DNA from: Chrysemys picta bellii | Lineage: Eukaryota | Length of the DNA: 64,000 bases | Direction: 5' to 3' | Assembly (NCBI RefSeq): GCF_011386835.1 | Contig: NC_088800.1 | Location: forward strand, 38,750,001-38,814,000 | In this document: positions 1 to 11,983 of the stretch, in pieces | Layout of the letters: each line of letters starts with the position of its first letter | How positions within the stretch are numbered: the stretch's first letter is position 1 | Translations under genes and position numbers: made by a program | Notes under the pieces: generated by a model | The model's database searches: none | Told to the model about the DNA's origin: nothing | The model's input: only the letters and a program-made list of their open reading frames with translations

Positions 1-45
1 GATGCTAGGGATCAGTAGGGGCTCCTGGCTTGCCTGAATCCTTAC

Positions 46-459
46 CTGCAAGGTGCTGCCACATTCATGGAGCCCAGCTAAAAAGATCACCGTGTTCTCC
101 ACAGCATTAAGGGACGTGTACTGGCAGGCAGCTGGGCCAAGGCTCAGGTCAGCAGCTTTGATCAGTCGCCCCGTCCCAAACAGATCCCTGTGCACAGTGA
201 TCACCAGCTGAGCCGCCTCACACTGCAGCATGACAGGCTGCAGTGGGGACACAGCCCTGGACTGGGAAGCATCAGCCCGAGCCCAGGGGTAGGGCTGGGC
301 AAGAGAAGGCACATGGGCATTTCTGTGAGGGGGCTCAGCCCTGGGGGTGGGTCTCCAGATGGCAGAGTCTCTCCTAGAGAAATCCCAGGGATTGTAACCA
401 GTCACCCCACTGACCACCCAGCACAGGAGAGCAAAGCCCAGGCTGCTTCTATATCCCAT
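46..459 (-). CDS. ZP3: ZP3 paralog A, exon 1 only (rest of gene lies off the left edge)
   Basis: Hand translation gives 138 open codons, [18 protein letters not shown]...[35 protein letters not shown]...LHECGSTLQ, ending at a CAG|GTAAGG donor. Same 414-nt size as exon 1 of B-E. Completeness of the gene cannot be judged. Confidence 0.93.
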
Positions 460-504
460 CCTGCCTGCCTGCAGCAAACCCAGCATGGAGAGAAACTCCT
501 GCTC

Positions 505-680
505 TGGGCCCTTTATACCCTGCAGCTAAAGGCAGCCCACAGCTGCCCCAGGTAATTAACATGCTCCTCTAATCTCCAGACAGCTGGGGCCCAATCACAC
601 ATGCTGCTCACACCCTGGAGCAAGGAAACAGGAGGACCAATGGGAATCTGCCCCACCTGTTGGTCAGTTCATCAGCTGCA
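505..680 (-). promoter_or_regulatory. ZP3-A proximal promoter: TATAAA (512-517), E-boxes CAGCTG (540-545, 581-586, 673-678), CCAAT (591-595), E-box CACCTG (654-659)
   Basis: Motifs read directly; the same order and spacing recur upstream of B, C and D, and partly E. Confidence 0.7.
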
Positions 681-789
681 GTTTGGGAAATTCCTGCTCT
701 GTTTCATTCAATGGAAGGCTAAGGGTGGGCTCCACCACAAAGGGACCCAGGCCCCTCAATCCCAGATTTAGGCCTGTAAATCCTGGGTT

Positions 790-1320
790 TGACTCCACTG
801 TGATCCACAAACTACACAGTGAACTTCGTAGGTGCCTAAATTCACTCAGCAGCACCTAAGTTTTTACAGTATAAAGTTCCTTAGGTGCCTGTGTTTCAGC
901 CTCTGGGCACGTGCACAGCTGCCTCCCTCTAGGAGTCCAGACACCTATCTCCCACCTAAGCCCAGAGTGATCCATGAGCCAGGGGAAGTTAGTCGTTTGG
1001 CTGCCTAAGTTGCATGTTGGCCCCAATCCACTGGGTGTGCTGCCTGCTGGCTTCGGCCCCACTCACAATTCCACTAGAGCAGAACATGGTGTCCACCTCA
1101 GAGCTTTTAGCCCAGTGGTTAGAGCATTTACCTGGAATGTGGGAGACCCAGGTTTGATTCCCCCTCTCTTCTGTGGGGGAGAGAAAGGATATGAACAGGG
1201 GTATCCCATCTCTCAGAAGAATGCTTGAACCACTGAGCTAGGGGGCATTCTGATGCTGGGCTTCCTCCTGCTCTCCCATTCAAGCTGTACTGTTGTGGAT
1301 AAATAATGAAAGAGGGACCA
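790..1320. repeat. Degenerate non-autonomous repeat containing tRNA-derived (A/B-box) segments
   Basis: TAGCCCAGTGG...GGTTTGATTCC at about 1107-1160 and an A-box-like piece on the minus strand near 1225-1240; the first ~150 bp recur at about 12165-12315. Family not identified. Confidence 0.4.
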
Positions 1321-1325
1321 GACAC

Positions 1326-1589
1326 CAGGGCTGGCTCTAACTTTTTTGCTGCCCCAAGCAGCAAAAAAAAGCGCCCCCACGCCAAGCGCTGCGCCGCTGG
1401 AGCCCGTCCCCCCTCGCCGAGCGCCGTGCCGCTGGAGCCCTGCCCTGAGCGCCCCGCGCCGCGCCACCGGAGCGCCCGCCCCACGGAATGCCGCGCCGCG
1501 CTGCCCCCCGCCACCCCAAGATTGGCCGCCCCTTACCAGGTGCCGCCCCAAGTATGTGCTTGGTTGCCTGGTGCCTGGAGCCAGCCCTG
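1326..1589. mobile_element. hAT-like MITE
   Basis: 12-bp terminal inverted repeats CAGGGCTGGCTC / GAGCCAGCCCTG and a GC-rich non-coding interior; no clean TSD. Confidence 0.6.
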
Positions 1590-1859
1590 GCTCCCACCTC
1601 CCACTGGACTACAGCAGCATTCCCAGTCACTTGCTCTCTCAGTCTGGCCCAACGACTGTTCCACTGTGGATAAGTGGAAATTTGTGTCCTCTCTAATATC
1701 CACATAACTAGCCAGATGAGTTCCAAAACTGTAGTTCTTATTCCAGGGTTGGGGTGGAGTTTGCGGGGTTGAGTTGTTTTCCCCAATGTGTTCCCCACAT
1801 CAGCCCCCATTTCTCCCCTCCCCCAGAATGGTTTGTTTTTCAAAGCCAAGAGAAGGCCT

Positions 1860-4315
1860 GGGTGACCTGTGCTCGCCTTGTTTCCCAAGAAGGGGGATCC
1901 CCGCAACCTTAGGAATTGGCATCCCATCTCGCTCCTCAGCACAGACTAGAAAGTCGTAGCGAAGGCCATCTCACTGTGGCTGGGGTTCCATGCTGGTGGA
2001 TCTGGTCCATCCTGACCAGACATACACCGTCCTGAGCTGGACCATCCTCGATAACCTGTACTTGGTCCAGGACCTCTTGGAGCTGGAGCGTAGGGATGGT
2101 CTGTCATTCGACCTCCTGTTTCTAGACCAGGAGAAGGTGTTCGACCGGATGGACCACAGGTATCTCCTGGGCACTCTGCGAGCCTTCGGTTTCGGGCCCC
2201 AGTTTGTGGGGTTTCTTCAGGTGCTGTACGCTTCCTCGGAGTGTCTGGTCAAGCTCAACTGGACCCTGACTGAGCCGGTCAGCTTCAGGCGAGGGGTGCG
2301 CCAGGGGTGTCCACTGTCGGGTCAGCTGTATGCCCTGGTGATCGAGCTCTTCCTTTGTCTGCTCCACCGGAAGTTGAAGGGGTTGGTGCAGCGAGAGCCA
2401 GAGTTGCGGCTGATCCTATTGGCATACGCCGACAACGTGCTCCTCGCAGTCCAGGACCCGGGCAACCTGGTGCAGGTGGAGGTTTGCCAGGCCATCTACT
2501 TGGCAGCCTCCTCTGCCCGGGTCAACTGAGTCAAGAGCTCTGGTCTAGTGGTTGGGGACAGGTGGCAGGCAAGCTCCGCCCCACCTGCGCTTCAGGCCAT
2601 CCGGTAGGGCACGGATTCGCTGCTCTATCTCAGCGTTTACCTTTCTGCCACGCATCCGTCTCCGCTGGAGAACTGGCAAGGTTTAGAGGGCAGAGTATTG
2701 GAGCGGCTGCAGAGGTGGATGGAACTACTCCAAGGGAAGGCACTGGTATTGAACCAACTAGTACTGTCCATGCTCTGGCACTGGCTCAACACCCTGGTCC
2801 CGGCCCTGAGTTTCCTGGCCAACCTCCGGAAGCTGGTTCTGGAGTTCTTTTGGCCAGGACTGCACTGGGTCTTTGCATAGGTTCTCCACCTTCCCCTGAA
2901 GGAGGGAGGACAGGGCCTAAAGTCCTCAGGTCCACATCTTCCGCCTCTAGGCCCTGCAGAGGCTCCTTTATGGTGCAGGTAGTCTGGGGTGGAGCATACT
3001 GGTGCACGCCTTCCTGCGCCGCTTCCAAGGGCTCCAATATGACCAGCAGCTCCTTTATCTCCATCTGAGAGGTCTTCCATGAGACCTCTCTGGGCTGCCG
3101 GTCTTCTACTAGGACCTCCTCTAGGCCTGGAAATTGGTCTCGGTGACCAGGTCCACGGCGGCCACCGAGCGGGCAGATCTTCTCACAGTGCCCCTGCTAC
3201 ACGACCCCCAGCTCCATGTGCAGGTGGCAGAGTCCCCCTCGGTGCGACAGAGGCTGGTCCTGGCAGAAGTCACCAGAGTCGGAGACCTCCTGTACTACGA
3301 CTGGGGAGACTATCTGGATCCCCTGATGCTCGCCCAGCGCGTGGGGCTCTCTAGCCCTCATACTCCCCGGTGCGTACTTCAGGAGGTGAGGGCTGCTCTA
3401 CGGCCCACTGCTCGGGCTTACCTTGACAGGGTCCTGCAGGAGGGCGCTCCCCACCCACCCTACACCCCAGGTCCTCTGGACCTTTTCACTAGGCCTCTGC
3501 CCCGTCGACCTACCGGCCATCCCACCCCTTCACCAAGAGCTGGCTGCACAACTTGCAGCCTGTTCACTTCCAGACCACGTCAAGGAAATATCTGTACATG
3601 CTCGTGCTCCACACTCTTCACATCCTCACCCTTGTGTCCCTCTCTGACATGAAGTGGCAAGACCTCCTACCACCTTTGAAGGGTGAGGAACCCCGGTGGG
3701 CCAGCCTATACTCCACCCTGGTCCCGAGGCCTGCTGGGGATGTCAGTTGGCGGCTCCTTCATGGAGCTGTGAGCATGGGCATGTTCTTGGCGCGGTTTGC
3801 CCCTGTCCTGGACACCTGCCCCTTTTGCGGCATGAGGGAGACCCTGGCACAAGTGTATCTGGAGTGCTCCAGGTTGCAGCCCCTATTCCGGCTCCTCTTA
3901 GATATCCTATTGCATTTTTGGCTGCACTTTTCCCCTCACTTCTTTATTTATGCACTCCCTATCTGCGGCCCCACAAAGTCTTGGGACCTCCTTGTCAGCC
4001 TCCTCCTAGCGCTGGCCAAAATGGCCATCTACAAGACCAGAGAGAGGAGGTTGGCTGACGGGGTTTCCTGCGACTGTGGGGCCTATTTCCAATCCTCTGT
4101 CCACTCATGTATCCGGGCAGAGTTCCTCTGAGCGGCGTCCGCTGGCTCCTTGACACTTTCGAGGAGCAGTGGGCGCTGTCTGGGGTTCTCTGCTCGGTGT
4201 CCCCATCAGGTTCCCTTCATTTCGCCCTGTGACCTCACACCCATCCCTGTTATGTCTTTAGTTGTCCCCTGTAATTACTTGAGATCCCGGACTTGGATCC
4301 TCCCCTTAGGCTGCC
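1860..4315 (+). mobile_element. Tx1-type (L1 clade) non-LTR retrotransposon, 5'-truncated and degenerate ORF2
   Basis: RT motifs PKKGDPRNLRNWHPISLLSTD*K, FLDQEKVFDRMDH, GVRQGCPLS, LAYADNV; C-terminal CPFCG-x-ETL-x-x-VYLEC zinc-binding motif (ORFs 1990-2529, 2698-2880, 3134-3652, 3553-4131); several stops and frameshifts. Confidence 0.88.
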
Positions 4316-4318
4316 TCA

Positions 4319-4603
4319 GGCTTGGTCTACACTAAACCCCCAAATCGAACTAAGGTACGCAACTTCAGCTACGTGAATAACGTAGCTGAAGTCGACGTAC
4401 CTTAGTTCGAACTTACCGCCGTCCAGACCCGGCAGGCAGGCTCCCCCGTCGACTCCGCGTACTCCTCGCGGCGAGCAGGATTACCGGAGTCGACGGGGAG
4501 CACTTCTGAGTTCGATTTATCGCGTCCAGACTAGACGCGATAAATCGAACCCAGAAGTTCGATTGCCTGCCGCCGAACCAGCGCGGTAAGTATAGACAAG
4601 CCC
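4319..4603. mobile_element. PIF/Harbinger MITE
   Basis: TIRs GGCTTGGTCTACACT / AGTATAGACAAGCCC, 3-bp TSD TCA (4316-4318, 4604-4606), three internal hairpins, CpG still abundant. Confidence 0.85.
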
Positions 4604-4629
4604 TCAGGTATGAGGGATCCTTACCTGTG

Positions 4630-5000
4630 CCAGCTGGGTGTTAACTCCCCAATGCAACCAGCCCATCAGCCCCTCAAGCATTCTTCTCTGGGCTAGCCCA
4701 GCCCTGTCTTTTGCCTTGCAGGTTGACAATCAATGCACCCCAGGCTTCAAGTCCCTTCAAAGTGGCCCCCTGTGGGGTCCAGTCCTGATCACTGAATACC
4801 CACAGAAATCCCAGATCCTCTGTTTCCAACTTAACTAACAAGTTATCCTCCAGTCTCAAAAAGTGTCTTTCACCCAAGTTCTCTCCAACATTTTCAGCCA
4901 AGTGTGGCGAGACCCCTTTTTCATGATGCCAACTCGCTGTCAGTTTACTTCCTAGGCACCTGATGTTGGGGTGTCTTTTTGCCCCTCAAATATACCAGAA
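4630..5000. repeat. LTR-like fragment, duplicated with the gene unit (paralog at about 12470-12900)
   Basis: Clear homology between the two spacers; LTR identity is by resemblance only and termini were not found. Confidence 0.4.
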
Positions 5001-5406
5001 TGTCCCTTTGATGTAAGTTCTCTAATGAAACCCCGGGTCACACTGGTCATCATAACCATTGTGAGGTGTAGGTATGGGACATATGCAAGGAGCACTGAAA
5101 ATTAGGCTCTGTGGGCCATGTAGATAAAGCAGGCCTCTCAAAGGTAGTGGGTCTTGAGACTGTCCTGCAGACAGGAGTGGTGGGTGATGCTTATCTCCAT
5201 GGTGGACCATTCTGTGTTGTATGTCATACAACATCTAAGTCAAATGCTAATGAGGAGCTGGCAGAGACTTCAGAAAGAAACTAACAGGAAGACGTCAACA
5301 TTGGAGGGGGAATCCTAGCTATAGGTAAACATCAAACATAGCCTTATACAAGGGCAAGGCAGCTCTCATGCTCCAGCATCTTAGAGCTAAGCTAACTGAG
5401 AGGTTA

Positions 5407-6396
5407 CAGTAACTCCTCACTTAATGTTGTAGTTATGTTCCTAAAAAGTGCTACTTTAAGTGAAACAATGTTAAGTGAATCCAATTTCCCCATGAGAATT
5501 AATGTAAATAGGGAGGGTTAGGTTCCAGGGGGAAAATTTTCACCAGACAAAAGACATTATATATATATACACACACAAACTCACACAGTATAAGCTTTAA
5601 ACAAACCATTTAATACTTTACACAGCAATGATGATTGTGAAGCTTAGTTGAGGTGGTGGAGTCAGAGGGAGGGATATTTCCCAGGGAATGCTTTGCTGCT
5701 AAATGATGAACTAGTACTCGGCTGAGCCCTCAAGGGTTAACACCTTGTTGCTAATGTAGCCTCACACTCTACAAAGCAGCACCAATGGAGGGAGGGGAGA
5801 CAGCATGGCAGAGAGAGACAGAGACACACACCATGTGTGTGTGAGAGAGAGAGACACGCACATTGCCCCTTTAAGTATGCTGACCCCACTCTAAGTACAT
5901 TGCCTTTTTAAGTAGATTAGCAAATTGAGACACCAACTGCTGCCAGCAAGCTCCCTCTGTCCTGAGCCCTGTCGTGCCCCCGCTGCTCTGTGGAGAAGGG
6001 GAGGGGTCAGCCTGACATTAGCCCCCCTCTCCCTCCCCCCCTCTGCACAGGAAGCAGGAGGCTCCCAGGAGCAGCTCCAAGGCAGAGGGCAGGAGCAGCA
6101 CACGGCATTGGGGGGGCACGACAGCTGAACTGCTCGGCCATTGAGAACCTGCTGGGCAGCTGCTGCACAGGGAACTTAGGGGAGCGGGGAGCTGATGGGG
6201 GGTTGCCGGTCCACCCTGGTTCCAAGCCCCCACCAGCTAGCACCAATGGGCTGCTCTTTCTGCAAGCAGTAGAAAAAGCAGGCAGCTGCCAAACAACATT
6301 ATAAGGGAGCATTGCACAACTTTAAACGAGCACGTTCTCTAATTGATCAGCAAGGTAACAAGGTTAATGAGGATGATTTTAAGTGAGGTATTACTG
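5407..6396. mobile_element. Tc1/mariner-pogo (Tigger-like) non-autonomous DNA transposon
   Basis: TIRs CAGTAACTCCTCACTTAA / TTAAGTGAGGTATTACTG with TA TSD (5405-5406, 6397-6398); empty site GGTTACATCATG in the paralogous spacer near 13660. Confidence 0.85.
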
Positions 6397-8405
6397 TAAA
6401 TCATGTTCCTCCTAGGAAAGCTAGGAATAAAACCCAGGTATCTCCAGCTGACCCCAGTCACAGCCATGCTGCTCTCTGAAATGAATGCATGGAGTTAATA
6501 CGGTTGGTTACCCTCCCTGTGCTAAGCAAGAGACCACAGTCGTCTCCTACAGCTGGGTAGAGAACCCAGGAATCCTGATTCTCTGCCAAGCAGCTGTGAA
6601 GCCCACTTACAGACAGGTCGGGTCAAGGGGCAGAGGACTGTGTCCAAACCAGGTGACTCCCAGGGGTGTAATTTTGGCTCCACATGCTGGGATTGCTCTT
6701 TTCCCAGTTTAGTGAAGGTTGCAGCTAAATTTCTATTTAAAAACCAAATTTTGCATCCTCTCTTCAAAGTACCCCAGAAAGCCAGAAAATTGGCAGGTCA
6801 GGCGGCTGACAGCTCTACCAGCTGCAGTACCTCCAGGCAGTGAATCCACACCCCTCATGCAGCACAAAACTCTTTGTTAGGGAACTGGCCACTAATTTTG
6901 GCTTAGCGGCACTGAACCTCAGAGCCTCCTCCATGAAACAAGGACAGTAATGATTCCTGCTGTTTGTCTAGATACAGCCAACAACATTTGGGAGGGAGAG
7001 AAACAAGCGGAGTGTGAAGAAAGAAGGGGGATTCGATGGATGTCAGGGCCTTGGAGCTTCCCAAGTGAGGGACCCAGAGTTTGCTGGGGTAATTGTGGCA
7101 GGGCTGGAATTATGTCAGAGGCAGGGGAAATTTGCCCACAACAGAGGGGCTGGAGCTCAGCTAGGCAGGGGGGAGAAGAACAGAGGGACCATGGAAAGCT
7201 GGAAAGCAATGGTCTGATGGTTGAGATACCACCTTGGCATGCAAGAGATGAAGGTTAAGTTCCACATTGTGCCAATACCTTCCTGGGCAATCTCACTTAA
7301 TGATCCTGTGTCTCTTTCCACCCTTGTATGAGAGGGGGTCAGCACTCCCCTGCCTCCCAGGGTGCTGAGACACTTGATACTATATATGAGGTGCTCTGAC
7401 CTTGGACAGCCCCTGTCAGCACCGAGTCCCTTCTACTTGCAGATCCACAGCAAGCCTACAAGGGCCGCACAAAAAGCTGTGTGTGTTGGAGGAAAGAGGG
7501 GCTGCTCCTGCCCCACTACTTTGCCCACCAGCTTCAGCCTCACATGGGAGAGGCTGAATAAGCACTGCTGCAGAGAGCTTTTTCTGGGAACACACACTAA
7601 GCTGCTCTGTATGCCATTCCTGGTCCTGCTGACAGGGCTTCTTGTGTGTGCAGCCTAGATCTGATCTACACACAGCTACAGGAGAGATGTTTGTTCAAAA
7701 AACATGCTATAATGCAGAAGGGTGGGATGTGTTCTATACAGTGGTAGAGAGAGCAAAGCCCTTTAGACTTGGGTTTGAGTAGAGGCTGCCGTGGGTGTAT
7801 GGTCAGTGTGGAACAGGGTTCACTGATCTGCAGGTCATGCCCCAGAGCATGAGCAGAAATGAAGATTTTTAGACCATCTTTGCCTAGGCCCTGTGGTACC
7901 AGTAGAAGGGTGGCCTACACAACCATATCTAACTTAAGCCCAAAGAATTCACAGCAGAGGTGATTTCAGTCTATGGTAAAAAGAACTTGGCTTCTCACTT
8001 TAAACAGAAGTATCAGAGGGAAGTTATCCTAGAGCATCACCCAACTCTAGTAATGGAATCAGGAGGAACTCTCATTGAGTCTGTTTCACTCACAGGACAC
8101 AGTGGCTGGGGGAAAAATGTGTGTTCTCTCTAGTGCTAGAGCCCTGTAATGGTTACAGCTGCCAAGTCAGAAGGAGGGAAATGCCCCTGCCATTTGCTTA
8201 TGAGAGATACCAGCCATTAGACTCTTGGAACCTGAAGGCAGGAAGCTCTGCTCTCTTCACCCTCACATGATCTCTCCTTGTGGAGCCCATTGGTGTGTCC
8301 ATGATGTGGTAGGTGCATCAACCACATAATTTCCTTCCCCATAGAAGGGAAGGCATCTCCCTTGCCCATTAAGAATAAGTCATGGACCAGACTCAGTTTA
8401 CTGAA

Positions 8406-8411
8406 TTTATT
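8406..8411 (-). terminator. Polyadenylation signal AATAAA of ZP3-B
   Basis: 35 nt downstream of the stop codon; equivalent signals follow C (about 15947-15952), D (26234-26239) and E (52647-52652). Confidence 0.75.
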
Positions 8412-8445
8412 TACATTAGACAGAAGGTAGAAGGCAGGTGACTGC

Positions 8446-11400
8446 TCAGGCACTAGAACGGCTGCATCTTCTATATACAAGTAACCCCAGAGTAATGAAG
8501 GCCAGTGCAATGGCAGCTGCCACAGAGATCAGCCCAACTGTAGAAGAGAATCCTACAAGAGGAAGAACACATCGTTAAGACTGCAAGTAGTTGCTTTTCC
8601 AACTACCTCTCCAAAAAAATCCACCACAGACTTGCTGGGTACATTAGTGAAGGCCACAGTTAATAAAATTGAGGGGATATTTGAGCTATATTGAAGGGTT
8701 GTGTTTTTTGAAGTGGTTGCAGGTCTCAGGCACAACTGGTTTCCCAGCAGATAAGCCCAGGCGCCAATGTTTGACTGGCTCTGGTTGGACTATCTAAACA
8801 AGGAGCCCTCCTTGAGCCTTGTTGACTCATTCCTAACATCCCCTCCTTGGACTAAGGGATTCTTACAGCTGAATTTGCAAGACCCATTTCTTCCATCCTT
8901 TAGATCAACTTTTCCAAGTCAACCTAATGTAGATTAGTAAGTGACAATAGAGGCACCATGTGACTTGTTCACAAGAACTAGTTACCCTCTGAGGCAGCGT
9001 TCTCTGCTTCCATTTGATCGGTTGAGACATCCCTGGATCCTCGATAAGCATCAAAGATGAATAGAGGTCCTACCACAACATCAGCCTCAGCTTCCCTCAT
9101 GAAGGGGTCATCTGTATTGGTGAGAGAAGCACTGCTAGAGCACCAATACATGTCAGGTTAGTCTCATCCATCCCATTTTGGGTGGAAGATCCCCTAGGAA
9201 GAGTCCATTGGAGTAAGCCAGACATCTTCCCAAGTGAAGTGGGACAGAACCTACCATGCCTGGAGGCCACATCTCTCTGGAAGCGCCTCCCTGGCCATCT
9301 GTCCAGAGGTCTGACTCTCCCAGACTGTCCAGCCAGCCCACAGTTCCCAGTCTCACAGCACCTGCAGATGTCTCTGGTGCCTTCCACTGGAGACCAGCTG
9401 CAACAGAACAGGAACAATCTACAGTGAAGTGTTCTGTTCTAGGCTGCCCATCACTCCCCTGGTGGGGTTCTAGTCTACTCACATGTTGCCTGCTTTGTTG
9501 AAGGAACAAGCCTTGTTCAAGGGATCTGGGGCTTGCTCAGCTGCAGTGACTTTCAGATGGCAGGTGATGTAGATCTGGAGGGGAAGTGGGAAGAGGGGTT
9601 AGTACCATCCCGGGGACACTAACACCTACTTAGCTGGGTGGGAGGGGAAAGAGGAGGGGGAAAACCGACTTGGAGCAGAAATATGGAGCTCACCAAGTTC
9701 CTAGCATCTCCTGCAAACCTGAACACATCCACCATGAACTGCAGCGTGTCCTGCCTGGGCCTGGGGGATATGAAGGCTGAGGTGGTGTCATCTGATCTCC
9801 CATCCACCAGGCATCTAGACACAAGAACCAAGGTTCAGTGAGAGTCCCTGATCGGTCTTGTTTTAGACTAGAAAGGGCTCCCAGCTCTTACCCATTGAAG
9901 TCAATGACAGCATAGCGGGGAGAGGAGTCCCTGTCTGGGGTCAGAGTGGCCACACAGCTGTCCACAAAGAGCCTCAGAGCCACATGGTTCCCAGTGCTGA
10001 CATCAGCTTGGATATGCATGACCTCCCCCAGCTGGAATCCATTGGAGGGTCTCTCAGCACTCCAGTCATCTGCAAGGCAAGCTCACAGTGAGCAGGACAG
10101 ACAGGCAAGCAGGGCGGGGCTCCCCTGAAGGCTCCTCCCACCCACCTACCATTCATCAGGCGCAGGGAGAAACCCAGCCTCTCCTCAGCAGACAGGGTGG
10201 AGTGGAAGGGAACCCACGTTGGCTTGATGGCTTTACTGCTCACGTTGTCCTTCCTGTGAGAGGAGCAAACCTCAGTCACTGAGCCAGATCCCACAACAGG
10301 GTCTGAATGGGAGGGAGGAGACCTGAGCATCTCAGACACTCACCTCGGGTAGTGACACTCAATGGGAATCACAGCCGGATTGGTTCTTAGGATCACTGGG
10401 TTGCTGGCAGGGGTGGGGTTATAGTTCAGGCTTGTGCTGTAAACTAGAGAGTCTGGGGTCATCTGAGAAGAACCAGACATGGAAGGGTTAACACTAGACT
10501 ACATGGCATTTGAAAGTTACTTAAGATGAGCCCAAGAACAAGCCTCAGCCAGATGGAAACAAGAGCTCAAGTTTTCCAACAAGTGCCCAGTCAACTGGCA
10601 ACTGCCTTTGGAAGGGCTGGACACTAGAAGCGGGGGGATTGCAGCGCTCAATCTGCTAGAGCAGCCTTAGGAATACTAGAGCCACTGTAGTGCCATTTTA
10701 CACAGCTCTACTCACTAGGTTCCTCTGTGCAGGTTATGAAGGAATATCAGACTGTAAAACCCCCAAGTTTCTATCAGCTTCTTTCAGGTGAATTTTGACC
10801 AGGGATTAAGGAAGCCAATTGTCTGTCCCTTTCCCTCCTACAGCTTATGTGGAGCTCAGGCTAACGCCAACCAGTGTATTCAGTTGAGTGGTCCTGTCCG
10901 TAGAGTCTCCAGACAAGCTTTCAACAGGGTGTGTGTGTGTCCAGAAATAAAGTGTCTGAGCCACCAGACCACCCGCTTCAGCCTTCACTCATGAGCCTGC
11001 TTTAGGAGCCAAGCTGGGCAGAATTCTATGACTGGTGCAGGAGATTGAAGGCTAGGAAGAAGAACCCAGGAAAAACAGGGAGCTTGTCAATGTCAGGAAC
11101 AAAATGCCACCCACTGTTTTCTCCCCCACCCCATTTTTAACCCTATCAGACAAGACAGGGGTAGTGATGCTAGGGATCAGTAGGGGCTCCTGGTGTGCAT
11201 GAATCCTTACCTGCAAGGTGCTGCCACATTCATGGAGCCCAGCTGTAAAAGTCATTGTGTTCTCTGCAGCATTAAGGGACGTGTACTGGCAGGCAGCCGG
11301 GCCAAGGCTCAGGTCAGAAGCTTCGATCAGTCGCCCCGTCCCAAACAGATCCCTGTGCACAGCGATCACCAGCTGAGCCGCCTCACACTGCACCATGACA

Positions 11401-11624
11401 GGCTGCAGTGGGGACACAGCCCTGAGCTGGGAAGAATCAACCCGAGCCCAGGGGTAGGGGTGGGCAAGAGAGGGCACATGGGCTCTTCTGCGAGGGGGCT
11501 CAGCCCTGGGGGTGGGTCTCCAGATGGCTGAGTCTCTCCTAGAGAAATCCCAGGGATTGTAACCAGTCACCCCACTGACCACCCAGCAAAGGAGAGCAAA
11601 GCCCAGGCTGCTTCTTTGTCTCAT
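8446..11624 (-). CDS. ZP3: ZP3 paralog B, complete, 9 exons, 467 aa
   Basis: Exons 11211-11624, 10344-10462, 10150-10253, 9892-10069, 9694-9814, 9483-9574, 9255-9397, 8986-9111, 8446-8552 (414/119/104/178/121/92/143/126/107 nt; total 1404, in frame, all GT-AG). Signal peptide, ZP-N, PTWVPF linker, ZP-C with [17 protein letters not shown] ([10 protein letters not shown]) and TM helix. Confidence 0.96.
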
Positions 11625-11669
11625 CCTGCCTGCCTGCAGCAAACCCAGCATAGAGGGAAACTGCTGCTC

Positions 11670-11845
11670 TGGGGCCTTTATACCCTGACCTAGAGCCAGG
11701 TGACAGCTGCCCCAAGTAATTAACACCCTCCCCAATCTGCAGTCAGCTGGGGCCCAATCACACCCACTGCCCACACTCTGGTCCAGGGAAATAAGAGGAC
11801 CAATGGGAATCAGCCCCACCTGTTGGTCAGTTCACCAGCTGCAGT
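11670..11845 (-). promoter_or_regulatory. ZP3-B proximal promoter (TATAAA 11677-11682, CAGCTG 11704-11709, CCAAT, CACCTG 11817-11822)
   Basis: Same motif order and spacing as A, C and D. Confidence 0.7.
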
Positions 11846-11983
11846 TTAGGAAATTTCTGCCCTGTTTCATTCAATGGAAGGCTAAGGGTGGGCTCCACCA
11901 CAAAGGGACCCAGGCCTCTCAATCCCAGATTTAGACCTGTAAATCCTGGGTTTGGTTCCATCATGATTAGCAAACCACACTCA

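Noticed and set aside
190-555. Plus-strand ORFs over ZP3 exons (e.g. 190-555, 11193-11531, 18716-19051, 32294-32737, 9182-9501)
   Set aside because: Antisense shadows of the ZP3 frame; they recur only because the exons are duplicated.
1107-1165. tRNA genes here and at 11984 and 53437
   Set aside because: Only A/B-box heads of SINEs or repeats; no complete cloverleaf or acceptor stem.
6710-7200. Non-coding blocks shared by the spacers as a candidate enhancer
   Set aside because: Explained by the duplication unit and an old SINE-like relic; one spacer lacks part of it and another is interrupted by an ERV.
11625-11819. 65-aa N-terminal extension of ORF 11052-11819 (and similar in E)
   Set aside because: It runs through the TATA box and promoter and is not open in the other paralogs.
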